Origin: Hypanus sabinus | Taxonomy: Eukaryota | Direction of reading: 5' to 3' | NCBI RefSeq assembly: GCF_030144855.1 | Contig: NC_082732.1 | Coordinates: 33,294,001 to 33,358,000, forward strand | DNA length: 64,000 nucleotides | In this document: positions 1 to 12,544 of the stretch, piece after piece | Position numbering within the stretch: the stretch's first letter is position 1 | Layout of the letters: every line of letters begins with the position of its first letter | Position numbers and translations under genes: made by a program | Notes under the pieces: model-generated | What the model saw: only the letters and a program-made list of their open reading frames with translations | What the model was told of the DNA's origin: nothing | The model's database searches: none

Positions 1-199
1 ATTCCCATTTCTCTCCAAATGATGAAGAGAAGGCCTTGATGATGAAGCTGAAGTTGGTTGGGTATAGCACACTGCTGGAAAAACTTGAGTGCCACAGCTT
101 TTTGTTTAGAACTCATATTGTTGAGAATGGTTGTAATACAACTCCACTTTTACTGTTTGTGTCCTAATTCACTCTTCATGTCTTCACTTTATGTCATAA

Positions 200-1095
200 A
201 ACATAGGAGCAGAATTAGGCCATGTGGCCCATCGAGTCTGCTCCACCATTTGATCATGGCTAATTTATTTTCCCCCTCAACCTCATTCTCCTGCCTTCTC
301 CCCATAACCTTTGATGCTCTTACTAATTAAGTAGTTATCAACCTCTGTTTTAAGTATACCCAATGACTTGGTCTCCATAGCCGTCAGTGGCAATGAATTC
401 CACAGATTTTGCACTTTCTGGCTTTAAAAAATACCTCTTCATCTCTGCTCTAAAGGGATGTCCTTCTATTTTGGGCTGTACCCTCTGGTCCTAGATCACC
501 CACTATAAGAAGCATCCTTTCCATATTTAGTCTATCTAGGCTTTTCAATATTTGGTAGGCTTCAATGAGATGGTCCCTTCCCTTATCCTTTTAAACACCA
601 GTGAGTACAGTCCCAGAGCCACCAAATGCTCCCTATTTGTTAATCCGACCATTCCTGAGATCATTTTTGTGTACCTCCTCTGGACCCTCTCCAACGCCAG
701 CACATCCTTTCTTAGATAATGGGATCCAAAATTGTGCACAATACTCCCAAGTGTGGTCTGACCAATGCCTTATAAAGACTCAGCATCACATCCTTGCTTT
801 TCTATTCCACTCCTCTTGAAATGAACGCTAATATTGCACTTTCCTTCCTTTTTACTGATTTAACCTTTAGGGAATCCTGCATGAGGATTTGCACCTCTGA
901 TTTCTGAATTTGCTTCCCACTTAGAAAATAGTCTATGCATTTATTCCTTCTGTCAAAGTGTATGACCATGCACTACCCTACACTGTATTCCATCTATTAC
1001 TTCTTTGCCCATTCTCCTGATCTGCCCAAGTCCTTCTGTAGACTCCTTGTTTCCTCAACACTTCCTGCCCTTCCAGCTATCTTGGTATTGTTCCC
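200..1095 (-). mobile_element. CR1-clade LINE 3' fragment (degenerate)
   Basis: Minus-strand ORF 545-739 (RKDVLALERVQRRYTKMI..LGLYSL) is CR1 ORF2 C-terminal; 3' UTR end cataggagcagaattaggcc at about 200. Confidence 0.9.
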
Positions 1096-1211
1096 AAACC
1101 AGGCCACAATGTTTCATCTGTTGAGCTTGGCCATCAATCAATGTAAGTCTGAATTGATTGTAGGTCCTCACCAGGAGATTGGGGAGGGAAAGTTGGCTGA
1201 AGATGCGGTCT

Positions 1212-1520
1212 TCATCATCATTATCATTATGTGCCGTTAACTAAAGTGGCTTGCCATTGCTTTCTTCTGGGCAGTGTCTTTACAAAATGAGTGACCCCAG
1301 CCATTATCAATACTCTTCAAAGATTGTCTGCCTGGTGTCAGAGGTAGCATAATTAAGACTTGTGATGTGTACCTGCTGCTCACATGACTGTCCACCACCT
1401 GCTCCCATGGCTTCATGTGACTGCGATCAGGGTTAAGCCAATGTTGGACCTTACACAAGGGTGGCCCACAGGCTAGGGGAGGGAAGGAGCGCCTTACACC
1501 TCCTTTTGGTAGAGACCTAA
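1212..1520 (-). mobile_element. SINE-like non-autonomous retroelement with RTE-type tail; second copy at 14320-14675
   Basis: Reverse complement aligns with 14320-14675 (ctaccaaaggaggtgtaagg...gaagagtattgataatggctgg...aatggcaa.ccac); (TGA)n-like tail. Confidence 0.7.
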
Positions 1521-2744
1521 TCTTACATACAATGGTGCAAGGCTGGAGCTGAATTCTTCAATTCTGATTTAAGGAAGACAACAATTAATTTGGCTGACGT
1601 GAGGTCAGTGGGGACCAGAACGCACATTGTGTGAGTGGAGGTGAATTTGAAGTTTAAAAAGCAACTGTGTACGAAAACAGTGGGTATGGGCCAGATTAAG
1701 CTGTTAGGCAACTGGAGCGAATCTCCCTGCTCAAATTTGGCAGTGTCACTTAGCAAACCCACAAGAATGCCAGGTGTGAGGCATAAGATTATCTCATTGA
1801 TGTAATAAAACTGGGTGGTGTGCTTGTCTGACATTGAATGGGGTCTAGATTGAGATAGAACAAGGAGAGCTATAGCCAGCTTCTAAAACTATGTGTTGTC
1901 ACTCTTGGGAGTTTGATACTACTTTATTCTTTGATAATTGAATGTAAAAATTCATCATCTTTTAACAAAAAGCCCAAATGAGTGCAAGTATATTCTGTGC
2001 CAGATATCCTGCTGTTCAACCTGGTCAGTACTGTGAGTACTCCACACAGCTATCAATGTTTCAATATGCAGCGAGTCACCAGGGTGCTGTTATCTGACTA
2101 AGAAGCCAGCATCCTCAAATCCCAGGCCGCAACTCCCGATAAATTCACTATATATGCTAACAATCATCTCTGTTGATGGTTTCAACATCTGTCACTTGCC
2201 AAGAAGTAAAATGCAGCATTCTGATAGGGAATAGAACATTTTTTTAAAAGAACTAAATATTTGTCAATGTTTTAGTCAAAAAAAGAGCTTGCATTTTTGT
2301 AATACCTTTTGTGATTATGGATCTTTTGAAGTGCTTGCATCACTATAATATAAAATGTATATAAACATAATATTTAATTACATGCACTGGTTCTCATAAA
2401 TTTGGATATGTGTTTTGTGTTGACTTCACATCAGAGTTGCTTGCATTTAAAATGGAAATTTTGTCTGTAAGCAGCTGCATAATATTTATATCTGCAGACT
2501 GTTGGGCGGCAGTAGGGTTCTGGGTGCAGCCAAGTTTGCCATCGACTTGTTATGTAAAGCGATTAGATAAACTCTAAAACATCACACGTACATTGAAACA
2601 AATGGTGAAATTTGTCGTTTGCATTGAGGATGTGCTGGAGGCAGTCCGTGAATGTTGCAGTGTTTTCCAGAGCCAATGTAGCATGACCACAACACACTAA
2701 CCCTAACCCGTTCATCGTTGGATGCAGGAGGAAACTGGAGCATT

Positions 2745-3415
2745 GATGCCACCATTGCCGTAGGCTGACTCAAAGATGGTGATGAGTCGGTATAGAGGAG
2801 GGAGTGCAGCGGTGTGCTACATGCAGCGCTAAAATTACGACACGGAGTCGGTAACTGCAGTCGAAGGAAAAACTTTATTCGAAATCTTCAGCCTCACTTT
2901 TAAGCCTCCCTCAACCTGCCCCCCGTGGAGCAGAGGCTCCAAAGCTCTGTGCTCGCAAACCCCCATAGGCTATCTAATTGTGAGCCGGTTTGAATGTGCC
3001 AGGAAATGGGCCGCCACAGGAGGTCGAACATCTGGCTGAGTGGTGCCATAATGACAACCTTTCTCTCAATGTGAGCAAGACCAAGGAGATGATTATTGAA
3101 CAGAGGTCCATGAGCCAGTTCTCATCGGGGAACCAGAGGTGGAGAGGGCCAGCAGCTTAAAACTCCTCAGCGTTATCACTTCACAGGATCTGTTCTGGGT
3201 CCAGCAGAATTTTGTAAGTGCCATTATGAAGAAAGCATGAAAGTGCCTCTATTTTCTTAGAGGTTTGTGGAGATTTGGCATGTCATCTACAACTTCGACA
3301 AACTTCTATAGATGTGTGATGAAGAAGAAATTGACTGGTTACATCACAGCCTGGCATCGAGACATCAATACCCTTAAATGGAAAATCTTACTAAAAGTAG
3401 GGGATATGGTCCAAT
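2745..3415 (+). mobile_element. Rex1/Babar-type LINE RT fragment, interrupted by a solo LTR
   Basis: Reads DES.*RRE|VEHLAEWCHNDNLSLNVSKTKEMII across the LTR insertion; continues in ORF 3265 (NFYRC...LTGYITAW). Confidence 0.8.
2805..3018 (-). mobile_element. Solo LTR (Gypsy-like), 214 bp
   Basis: TG...CA termini (tgcagcgg/ccgccaca); perfect 4-bp TSD GGAG at 2801-2804 and 3019-3022; minus-strand AATAAA near 2875; CpG-rich. Confidence 0.85.
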
Positions 3416-3419
3416 CCAG

Positions 3420-4010
3420 TGCAGTACAGGCCCTTCTGCCCATGATGCTGTATCAAGCCTTTAACCAACTCCAAGATCAATCTGATCCTTCCCTCCCACA
3501 CAGCCTTCCATTTTTCTATCATCAGTGTGCCTAAGATTCTCTTAAATATCCCTAATGTACCCGCCTCTACCACCAACCCTGGCCACGTGCTCCACACACC
3601 AAACTCTAAGTGTAAACTACCTGCCTCCTACTTTCCCCCCCACCCCTCTATAGTTTCCTCCCAACACCTTAAAGTTAAGCCCCCTTATATTAGCCATTTC
3701 TGTCCTGGAAACACACCTCTAGTTATCCATTTGATCTGTGCCTCTCATCATCTTGTGCACCTCTATTAAGACACCCCTCATCCTCCTTCACTCCAAAGAG
3801 AGACCGGCTCACTCAGCCTATCCTGATAAGACATGCTTTCTAACCCAGACATCTCCTTTGCACCCTCTCTTAAGGTTCCAGATTCTTTCCAAAAGTGAGG
3901 AAACCCAGAAATGAATACAGTACTCTGAGTGTGGTCTAACCAGGGATTTTATAGAGCTGCAACATTAACCTGTGGCTTTTGAACTCAATTGTCCCAATTA
4001 ATGAAGACAA
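3420..4010 (-). mobile_element. CR1-clade LINE 3' fragment
   Basis: ORF 3391-3597 (VVEAGTLGIFKR) and the degenerate VRPHSEYC motif near 3920 on the minus strand. Confidence 0.8.
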
Positions 4011-4476
4011 TGCTCTGCTCAGCATGTGCCTTATGCTTTCCAGCTGTTTTTCTCAACTGACTTTCAGCTACAGCAACAACTAAAGCCATTGAAAACTTAG
4101 AGGCACCATATTTTATTTATTATTTATTGAGACAGTGCGCAATAGGCCTTTCCGGTCCTTCGAGCCACACTGCCCAGCAATACCCTGATTTAATCCCAGC
4201 CAAATCACAGGACAATTTACAATGGCCAATTAACCTGCTCCTTTATTGAAGTCTAACGCTGACACTATCAAATAAGCAGCACTGTTACCAGTGTATCACA
4301 GAGGAAGTGCTGCATTGTCAGTGGTTCCGGGTTTTGAGGGAGATGAGAAGTGGAGATGTTTATGGATGATTGTGTGATGTTCAATTCCTTTGTAAGTGCT
4401 TGGTGAATGGAACAGATAATTCCTTAATGCAATGAAACCTAGTCAACTTTGCTGAATGGTAAATGATGGTAAATTA

Positions 4477-6450
4477 TAGGATATAGGAGCAGAATTAGAC
4501 CATATGGCCCATTTCATCACGGCTGATCCAGTTCCCTCTCAACCCCAATCTCCTGCCTTCTCCCCGTATCCCTTCATGCCCTGACCAATCAACCTATGCT
4601 TTTATTTATATATAAATTTTTAAAAAAACTTGGCCTCCACAGCTGCTTGTGGCAAAGAATTCCACAGATTCACCACTCTCTGGCTCAAGAAACCTCTCCT
4701 CATCTCTGTTCTGAAAGGATGCCCTTCTATTTTGAGACTGTGTCCTCTCATCTTAGACGCTCCCACCATAGGAAACATCCTCTCTATCAAGGCCTTTCAC
4801 CATTTGATAGGTTTCAATGAGGTCACCCTTCATTCTTCTGAATTCCAGTGAATACAGGCCCAGAGCCATCAAACGCTCTTCATGTGACAAGCCGTTCAAT
4901 CCTGGAATCATTTTCGAACCTTCTTTGAACCCTCTCCAGTTTCAGCATATCCTTTCTAAGATAAGGGGCCCAAGACTACTAACAGTACTCCAAGAGAGGC
5001 CTCAGTGGTGCTTCATAAAGTCTCAACCTTACATCCTTGCTTTTATATTCTAGTGCTCTTAAAATTAATGCTAATGTTGCATTTGCCTTCCTTACTATCG
5101 CTTCAACCTGCAAATTAACTTTCAGGGAATCCTGCACAAGGACTCCCAAGTCCCTTTGCAGCTCAGTGTTTTGTATTTTCTCTCCATTTAGAAAATAGTT
5201 AACCCTTTCATTTCTTTTACTGAAGCGCAATGACCGTACTCTTCCTGACACTGTATTCTATCAGCCATTTCTTTGCCCATTCTCCTAATCTAAGTCCTTC
5301 TGTAGCCTCCCTATTTCCTCAAAACTACCTGCCCCTCACCATCTTCATATCATCTGCAAACTTTGCAACAAAGCCATCAATTCCATCATTCAAATCACTG
5401 ACGTGTAACATAAAAATAATCGGACCCTTGTGGACACCACTAGTCACTGGCAGCCAACCAGAAAAAGCTCTTTTTATTCCCCATCTTTGCCTCCTACCAA
5501 TCAACCACTGCTTTATCCATGCTAGAATCTTTCCTGTAATACCATGGGCTAGAAGCTTGTTAAACAGCCTCATGTATGGTACCTTGTCAAAGACTTTCTG
5601 AAAATCCAAGTACACAACATCAACCAATTCTCCTGCTTGTTGTGTCTTCAAAACCTTCCAGCATATTTATCAGGCAAGATTTTCCCTTGGGGAAACCATG
5701 CTGACTACTGCTTATTTTATCATGTGCCTCCAGGTACCCTAAGACCTCATCCTTAATTGACTCCAACATCTTTCCAACCACTGAAGTCAGACTACTTGGC
5801 CTATAGTTTCTTTTCTCAGCCCATCTCCCTTCTTGAAGAGTGGAGTTACATTTGAACCAGTGATTCTTGAAAGATCAGTACTAATGCCTCCACAATCTCC
5901 TCAGCCAACTCTTTCAGAACCCTGTGGTGTACACATCTGGTCCGAGTGATCTACCTTCACACCTTCCAGTTTCCCAATGGTAACTCCACACACTTCATGA
6001 CCCTGACACCTAGAGCTTCCACCATACTGCTAGTGTCTTTCAGAGTGAAGACTGATGCAAAATACTCATTCAGTTTGTCTGCCATTTCCTTGTCCCCCAT
6101 TGCTACCTCTCCAGCATTATTTTCTAGTGGTCTGATATCCACTTTTACCTCTCTTTTACAGTTTATGTATCTGAAGAAACTTTTGGTATTGTCTTTAATA
6201 TTATTGGCTTGTATTCCATCTTTACTTTCTTAATGACTTATTTAGTTGCCTTCTGTGTTCTTAATAGCTTCCTCTAACTTCCCACTAATTTTTACTCTAT
6301 TATATGCCCTCTCTTTGACTTTTATGTTGGCTTTGACTTCTCTTGTTAACCACAGTTGTGTCATCTTTCCTTTAGAATACTTCTTTCTCTTGGGGGGTGT
6401 ATATATCCTGTGCCTTCCGAATTGCTTCCAGAAATTCTGGTCATTGCTGC
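4477..6450 (-). mobile_element. CR1-clade LINE, about 2 kb 5'-truncated, multiply frameshifted
   Basis: Minus-strand ORFs contain VDVVYLDFQKVFDKVP, KFADD, QRDLGVLV and EMADKLNEYFASVFT. Confidence 0.93.
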
Positions 6451-6603
6451 TGTGCTATAATCCCTCCAGCATTTTGTGTGTGTTGATTGGATTTCCAGTA
6501 TCTGTAGATTTTCTCTTGTTTATCGTTGGCAAAATTGCAGATGATGACAAGAAGGTGTTCAGGAATGAGATAAGAATCAGCTGGTTGAGCAGTGTCACAG
6601 CAA

Positions 6604-6803
6604 NNNNNNNNNNNNNNNNNNNNNNNNNNNNNNNNNNNNNNNNNNNNNNNNNNNNNNNNNNNNNNNNNNNNNNNNNNNNNNNNNNNNNNNNNNNNNNNNN
6701 NNNNNNNNNNNNNNNNNNNNNNNNNNNNNNNNNNNNNNNNNNNNNNNNNNNNNNNNNNNNNNNNNNNNNNNNNNNNNNNNNNNNNNNNNNNNNNNNNNNN
6801 NNN
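6604..6803. other. Assembly gap (200 N)
   Basis: Run of N. Confidence 1.
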
Positions 6804-7361
6804 GCAGTGGGTTAGGCACATCTTGGGTATCTCGCAATGGGTGAGATTCAAGGAGACTTTAACTTTGTCTTAAGGTTATATTTAACATTTTAAAATATGG
6901 AGATTTGTTTCCCCTTTATTTTACGCTATTTCCTTCCTCTGTCTCCAAGATACTGACTTGTATTGGCATGACGTTCAATAATAGTATCAGCAAAGTATCC
7001 ATTGTTTCTGGATAAAGCAGGCCCTGTGACTGTGGAGGTCATGAAACACATCTGACCTGACACAAATATTCTCACGCAAGGAGAAAGATTAGCAACCTGC
7101 CTGGACTATATACCAGGACCAAGATAAAATTCAGAACCTGGCTTGCACTACTAGCCCAAGGACAATTTCTACTTCTGATGCTGTGTAATTTAAGTCACGA
7201 ACAGCACTCAAGTTTTACATTTTCCTGGGATCATTAGCAGATCCTGTAAGTGTGGAATGTGGGAATCTGGAAGTAAGAGATGGAGCATCAATAGCCAATG
7301 CTCTCCTCACTTTTAAAAGCTTTGAACATTTTCACAGATGAAGTCTGCTGGTGTTTCAAAT

Positions 7362-7640
7362 GGGCAGCACCGTAGCGCAGTGGTTAGCACAACGCTTTAC
7401 AGCACTAGACACCCGGGTTCAATTCCCGCAGCTACCTGTAAGAAGTTTGTACGTTTTCTCTGTGACAGCTTGGGTTTCCTCTGGGTGCTCCGGCTTTCTC
7501 CCACATTACAAAGATGTACCAGTTGGTAGGTTAACTGGTGATTATAAATTGTCCCATAATTGGGCTAGGAATACATTGGGGGTTGCTGGGTAGCGTGCCT
7601 CGAAGAGTCGGAAGAGCCTATTCCGTGCTATATCTCATTA
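7362..7640 (+). mobile_element. tRNA-derived V-SINE (HE1-like)
   Basis: A box (tagcgcagtgg), B box (ggttcaattcc) and V-domain core gggtttcctctgggtgctccggctttctcccaca. Confidence 0.85.
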
Positions 7641-9164
7641 AAGTCTGGTTTAATTCCCTAAGCCTCACAATGCTGCACTTAGACACGTTTTTCACCAGTT
7701 ATGTCTCCATGACACATTCCGCGTGTTTAGAATGTTTCTCTGTAAAGGTCCATCTGGCACTCAATCTATCCCCCTTTCAACCGCCAGAACACACATAATC
7801 CATCCCAATAAATGTTACTTTCGTGTTTGGTTTGGTTAATGTATCTCCCACATGTGGAGGCATCGGAATTTTAACTTGCCAGTTTGGCCACAGTTGGACC
7901 TTGTGAAGGGAATGTTTGGCACTCAAGCTTTAGAATTGATTGGTGTGTCAACAACAGTTTGGGGAAAGGACGAGGGTGTTTGCTGAGTTTTCAGCAATGA
8001 GGAAGGGGCTACTTTTAGAGCAGGAGCTAGTGTGGGGATTCAAGACTTAACCATATTATGCCGAACTTTATTCTGATTTTAGTACATTCTGTCCTTGATC
8101 TTGCAGAATTATATTTGGACTTTAGCCCATTTAATTGTGAATTTATTAGTTTGATTCAGTTTCAAATTATTTTATTCCTGATAAAGGAGAATAGTTTCCA
8201 TTTTTAACCCATTCCATCCCTTGCACAGCAGAGCTTGACTCTGGATCTCACCCAGCCCACAGCTGATTTAGCAGAACTGAAACCCCAAATCTAATTCTTC
8301 CACTGCTGAACTAGCAAAGATTGATGTTAAAGCCGACTGGTTTAAAAAAAACAAGGGAATTGTTCCTTTTGCCAATGCTGACACCTCACCTCAGAACACA
8401 TAACATTTCTCCAAAAAAAACACTTAACACTTCAACAAATACCACTGCCACGCACAAATAGGCCCCCTCACATTGTAGCCTTTTGTGTTTTATCTGATTA
8501 GCATTCACAACAACACCAAGGCTCATCAGAAAACTGCAATAGGAACAATAGCAATTATTGCTGTTTTAGTGAGATTGGCAACCTATAATCTACTAAAGCT
8601 ACAACAGAAAGGGATTCTAGGAAAATGTCTCAGGGCAAGACGTGGAGGTGTAGAAGAAATAGAAGCATCCCAGGAACTCCTTTAGACGATCCAGCTTCAT
8701 TAGCAGTTTTCCCAAATCCATATGTTTCTGTCACTTCACATCTGGGAAACTGATTTCCTGGCCATTTTATTCACTTTCATTGCAGGGTAGAATCAAACAA
8801 CTACAAAAAGAAACTGCAGTAAATTCCTTAATTCGCAACAGTCATTCCATGAACTTTAGCAAGATATATATTTTAAGTGTTTTATTTGGTGTTGAAATGT
8901 TAATGTCAGGCTCAAATGCCAAAAGAAAAGCCCATGACAGAAAGAGAGTAAATTCTTCTTCTCCCTCTCAGACTTGCAGTTTAACTCGGCAGAGGATGGG
9001 TCGATGTGAAAGTTGTGTTTGACGGTGCTGATTAAGATATATTACACAAGGTGTCTTGGTGAATGGCCAAAGTCTGTTGCTTCCATTGTCCTTCAGTAAC
9101 AGTGTCCTAACGTTAGGGTGGCTATAATCATTCCAAGCACTAGAGAAAATTTGGTTGTTTTATT

Positions 9165-9405
9165 TTTTTTTAAATTTAGAGATACAACACATTAACAGGC
9201 CCTTCCAGGTCAACAAGCCCATACTGTTCAGTTACACCTATATGTCTCTGGAATGTGGGAACAACCTGGAGCACCTGGAGGAAACCCACACAGTTATGGG
9301 AAGAACGGTTGAAAGTGCAAACTCCTCATGGAAAGCAGTGGAAATTGAACCCAGGTTGCTGCCATTATATTAGCATTGCATGAACTGCTGCACTACTGTG
9401 CTGCT
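9165..9405 (-). mobile_element. V-SINE (degenerate)
   Basis: ggagcacctggaggaaaccca and ggaaattgaacc are the reverse complements of the V core and B box. Confidence 0.75.
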
Positions 9406-9429
9406 CCCTTACATTATTCCTTGGACAGA

Positions 9430-10595
9430 TTTTTATTTGTTTATTTACTGAGATATAGCACGGAATAGACCCTTCTGGCCCTTCCAGCCCCACCGTTCAG
9501 CAACCCTTTGATTTAACCCTAGACCAGGGGTTACCAACTTTTTTTGCACTGTGGACCGGTTTAATATTGACAATTTTTCTGCAGACCAGCCAGTGGGGGA
9601 TGGGGGTATTAATCACGACCGGAATATAGGTGATAGGTCAACTGTAAGTCACTTATAAGCGGCTAATACACTCAATTTCGTTTCTAAAAGAGTTTATCTA
9701 ACGAATTTAATATTATACATACAGCATATATTTTCCTCGCATGAATATAGTGATAAGTCAATTATAACTCACTTGTAAGTCAATAGCATCATAACATTTT
9801 AAGTAACGTTTGGATATTAAACATACAACACATATTTTCCTCGTATGAACATATAAAATTATTGCAACACACCAGTGAGAGGACAAGGTAAGGGCTGAGG
9901 TCCCCGTACAGGGGCCATGGCGGTTGCAGTCTGGAGAGAGTGACCGAGCAAGCGAGGAGTGCAACAGGGTGTGCGCCCGCCCTCCTTGTAGGTAGGTAGG
10001 ATCTGTCGGCCAACAAAAGTTTGGCTTGAGGGATGACTTTCAGTAGATCGTAGCGAGGTTGCTGCTGTGCTACTTACGAAACCCTGAGCTCGAACTAGGT
10101 TGTCTGTGAATATTTTAGCACCAGGTTCCCCACAAACATTCAGTGTGGTAAACAGGTTTAGAGGTGGCACCCATCTGTCCACGCCCCAGGCCAGAAGCAA
10201 TGGCACTTCTCACCGGCCGCGTGAGGCGGCTGGTACCCAAAGCCAACCAGTGATCCCCGGCGCTAGGGTATCACTGCGTTTTGGTGATTGTTGACCTCGC
10301 ATGTATTCAAGTTCAACAGTGGGCGTGACAGTGAATGAGGAAAGGTGCAGCTGACTCATATTGTTTCATATCGCCAAATCATATCGTTTCTTTGCGGCCC
10401 GGTAGCACATGCAGTTGGTGGTTCAATTAACCTACCAACTGCTATTACTTCGACTGTGGGAGGAAACCAGAGCACCTGGAGGAAACCCATGCAGTCACAG
10501 GGAGAGCGTACACGCTCCTTACAGGCAGCTGCAGGAATTGAACCTGGGTCACTTGTGCTGTAAAGTGCTGTGTTAACCACTATGCTACCATGCCA
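9430..10595 (-). mobile_element. V-SINE split by a hAT insertion (9430-9524 and about 10420-10595)
   Basis: SINE tail half ends at tttaaccctagac; head half resumes at caattaacctacc...ggaattgaacc...aaccactatgcta. Confidence 0.75.
9525..10415. mobile_element. Non-autonomous hAT (Charlie-like) DNA transposon, right end truncated
   Basis: Left TIR caggggttaccaac follows a CTAG-centred 8-bp target (ccctagac); subterminal direct repeats (atattttcctcg.atgaa x2; gtgata.gtcaa.t.taa.tcactt.taag x2); gcggcccgg near the right end. Confidence 0.7.
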
Positions 10596-10664
10596 CTCTT
10601 AACTGGTTCCCAACCAAGATCAAATAGTAAGCAGATGACTGGTGAGGATAACATAGTTGATTTG

Positions 10665-10930
10665 TTCTTCTTAAACCCATCGCCCATACTGGGGCTTGGG
10701 CTGCTGACAGTAGTTCACCAGAGTCCTCTGTCCTGGGCCATTCTTTCATATTGTCTCCAGGTGTAGCCCATCTTCATGGTGTATCCTTCCCCTCCCAGTG
10801 CTGAGGACCTTTTTATTTTTGGAGCTTCTGTTAACATTTCTGTAGCACTGGGTTCTTACAGAATGGGGTTTCAAACTCCGTACCCAACCCCCCTCATTTC
10901 GCAGCTGGGCTTGGGACTGTCCATGGCGGA
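10665..10930 (-). mobile_element. RTE-related non-autonomous fragment
   Basis: Minus-strand tail gatgggtttaagaagaa preceded by gcccaggacagaggactctgg, typical of RTE 3' ends. Confidence 0.5.
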
Positions 10931-11654
10931 GAAGTTATAATCATGGTAAGTTGGAAATCTGTGAACTGATAGAACCCGAGGGTGGAAAGCAAGAAGCCAG
11001 GTAGTGACGTGCTGGGGAGCAGAGGGCACGGTTAGCAACAAGTGAGTTCAGGGAGATGAGGTGCACAGAGGCGGAGTGCCAAAGGGTGCAGAGGTAGAGC
11101 TGACAGCCAGCGCAATGCCAGCACGAAAGGTACTTACAGTAATTGACCTGGCATACTGGCTGGTGCCTTTAGGAGAGAATGGCAGAAAGTAAAGAACATT
11201 AAAAAAAAATGTAAGAAGAAAAATAAACAAAGTGATATAGAGATCTCATTAAATCTCTAACATCTGTAACAGAAGTGAGTGCAGTTACAGTGCAGAGCCT
11301 CTCCCATCTTCAGCCCCATGTTCATTCAGTGCCACACCAACATGAAGACTCCTGCTATAAATCTGTCCAGCTGAATTGGGCCGGAGGGTATCATTCATTA
11401 AACTCATCATAAATTCACTTGTCTACGGTTCTACACCTCAGCACAAGTTTACCCCAAGGCCCTTCTCAATGATATTCTCTGACAATAGACGTATTTCTGT
11501 TCCTGCATTGTCCGTGCTCAAGGCAAACTCTTTTGACATTGTGGGCTGCAGCCAGCCAGGAGAGAAAAGAGACTTCTTAAACACTATAAGGGTAGTGTGA
11601 GGAAAATAGCCTAGACCCTTGGCCTTTGCCCCCAAGTATTCTCTCCTTCTCACT

Positions 11655-11980
11655 ATACTGGGGGGAGAGGGGAAGGTGTAGAAGCTGGCAGGTTATCAGT
11701 GAGACCAGGTGAGGGGGATGAAGTGAGAAACTGGGAGATGATAGATGGAAGAGGTAAAGGGCTAAAGAAGAAGGAATCTAGTAGGAGAGGACAGTGGACC
11801 ATGGAAGGAGGAGGGGCACCAGAGGGGGTGAGGAGAAGAGAAAGGGTGAGAGGGGAAAACCAGAATGGGGAATGGAAAAAGAGAGAAAGTGAAGGGGGAG
11901 AATTTACCATCAGTTAAAGGAATTGTTCATGCCAGCAGGTTGGAGCTACCCAGATGGAAAAAAGAAATATTGCATCTTCC
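11655..11980 (-). mobile_element. Penelope-like element 3' fragment (GIY-YIG C-terminus plus pyrimidine-rich spacer)
   Basis: Reverse complement of ttcatgccagcaggttggagctacccagatg reads HLGSSNLLA/GMN, a frameshifted LGSLQP.GMN; homologous to 52177-52620. Confidence 0.75.
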
Positions 11981-12544
11981 ACTTTGCCTGTCTCTCCCTT
12001 GAGCCTGTTTGATATAGGCTGTGGGTTCAAATCCAGTTCAGAGACTTATGTGTATAATCCGGGCTGAAACTGATGGGGTTGCTGCTATCCTTCCAGACTC
12101 TTGCCGAAGATCCCTTGACAATGCTTCATATAGACTGGCTCCCTGACCTAATTTTATTTCTTAGCCGCCACCACAGAAGATCTGGTCACTTGGACTTTTG
12201 AAATGTGGTTCCTATTACATTGTAGGAAACGGAGCAAAGATTTTGTACACCAGTTTGTTACCAAAAGCAGGAAATGACGATGACTAGAAAATTTATATGA
12301 AGTGATACCAGTTGAGATTTTTAAATAGGCAGGATATTGGCAAGTTCTTTCTGTTCTTCTTTGAATAATATCATGGGACAACGTGCATTCTACTGTGACT
12401 GGAATCCAGTTTAACGAGTCACCTGAAAGATAGTACCTTTTTTAAAAAAAAGCATTCCTAGAAAATTAAATCAGAACATATGCTTAGGAGTGAGCCTTGA
12501 TCCCACAACCATTTGCCTTGAGGTGTTGAAGCTAGTAGTCAAAG

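Noticed and set aside
6246-6873. Long ORFs spanning N runs (also 49453-49793)
   Set aside because: These are artefacts of assembly gaps.
7362-7435. tRNA gene
   Set aside because: A and B boxes are present, but the sequence continues into a V-SINE body and does not form a full cloverleaf.
8760-8825. Acceptor-like tttcattgcag followed by a short open stretch
   Set aside because: The peptide has no resemblance to the EMI or EGF exons expected for this gene, and the donor is weak.
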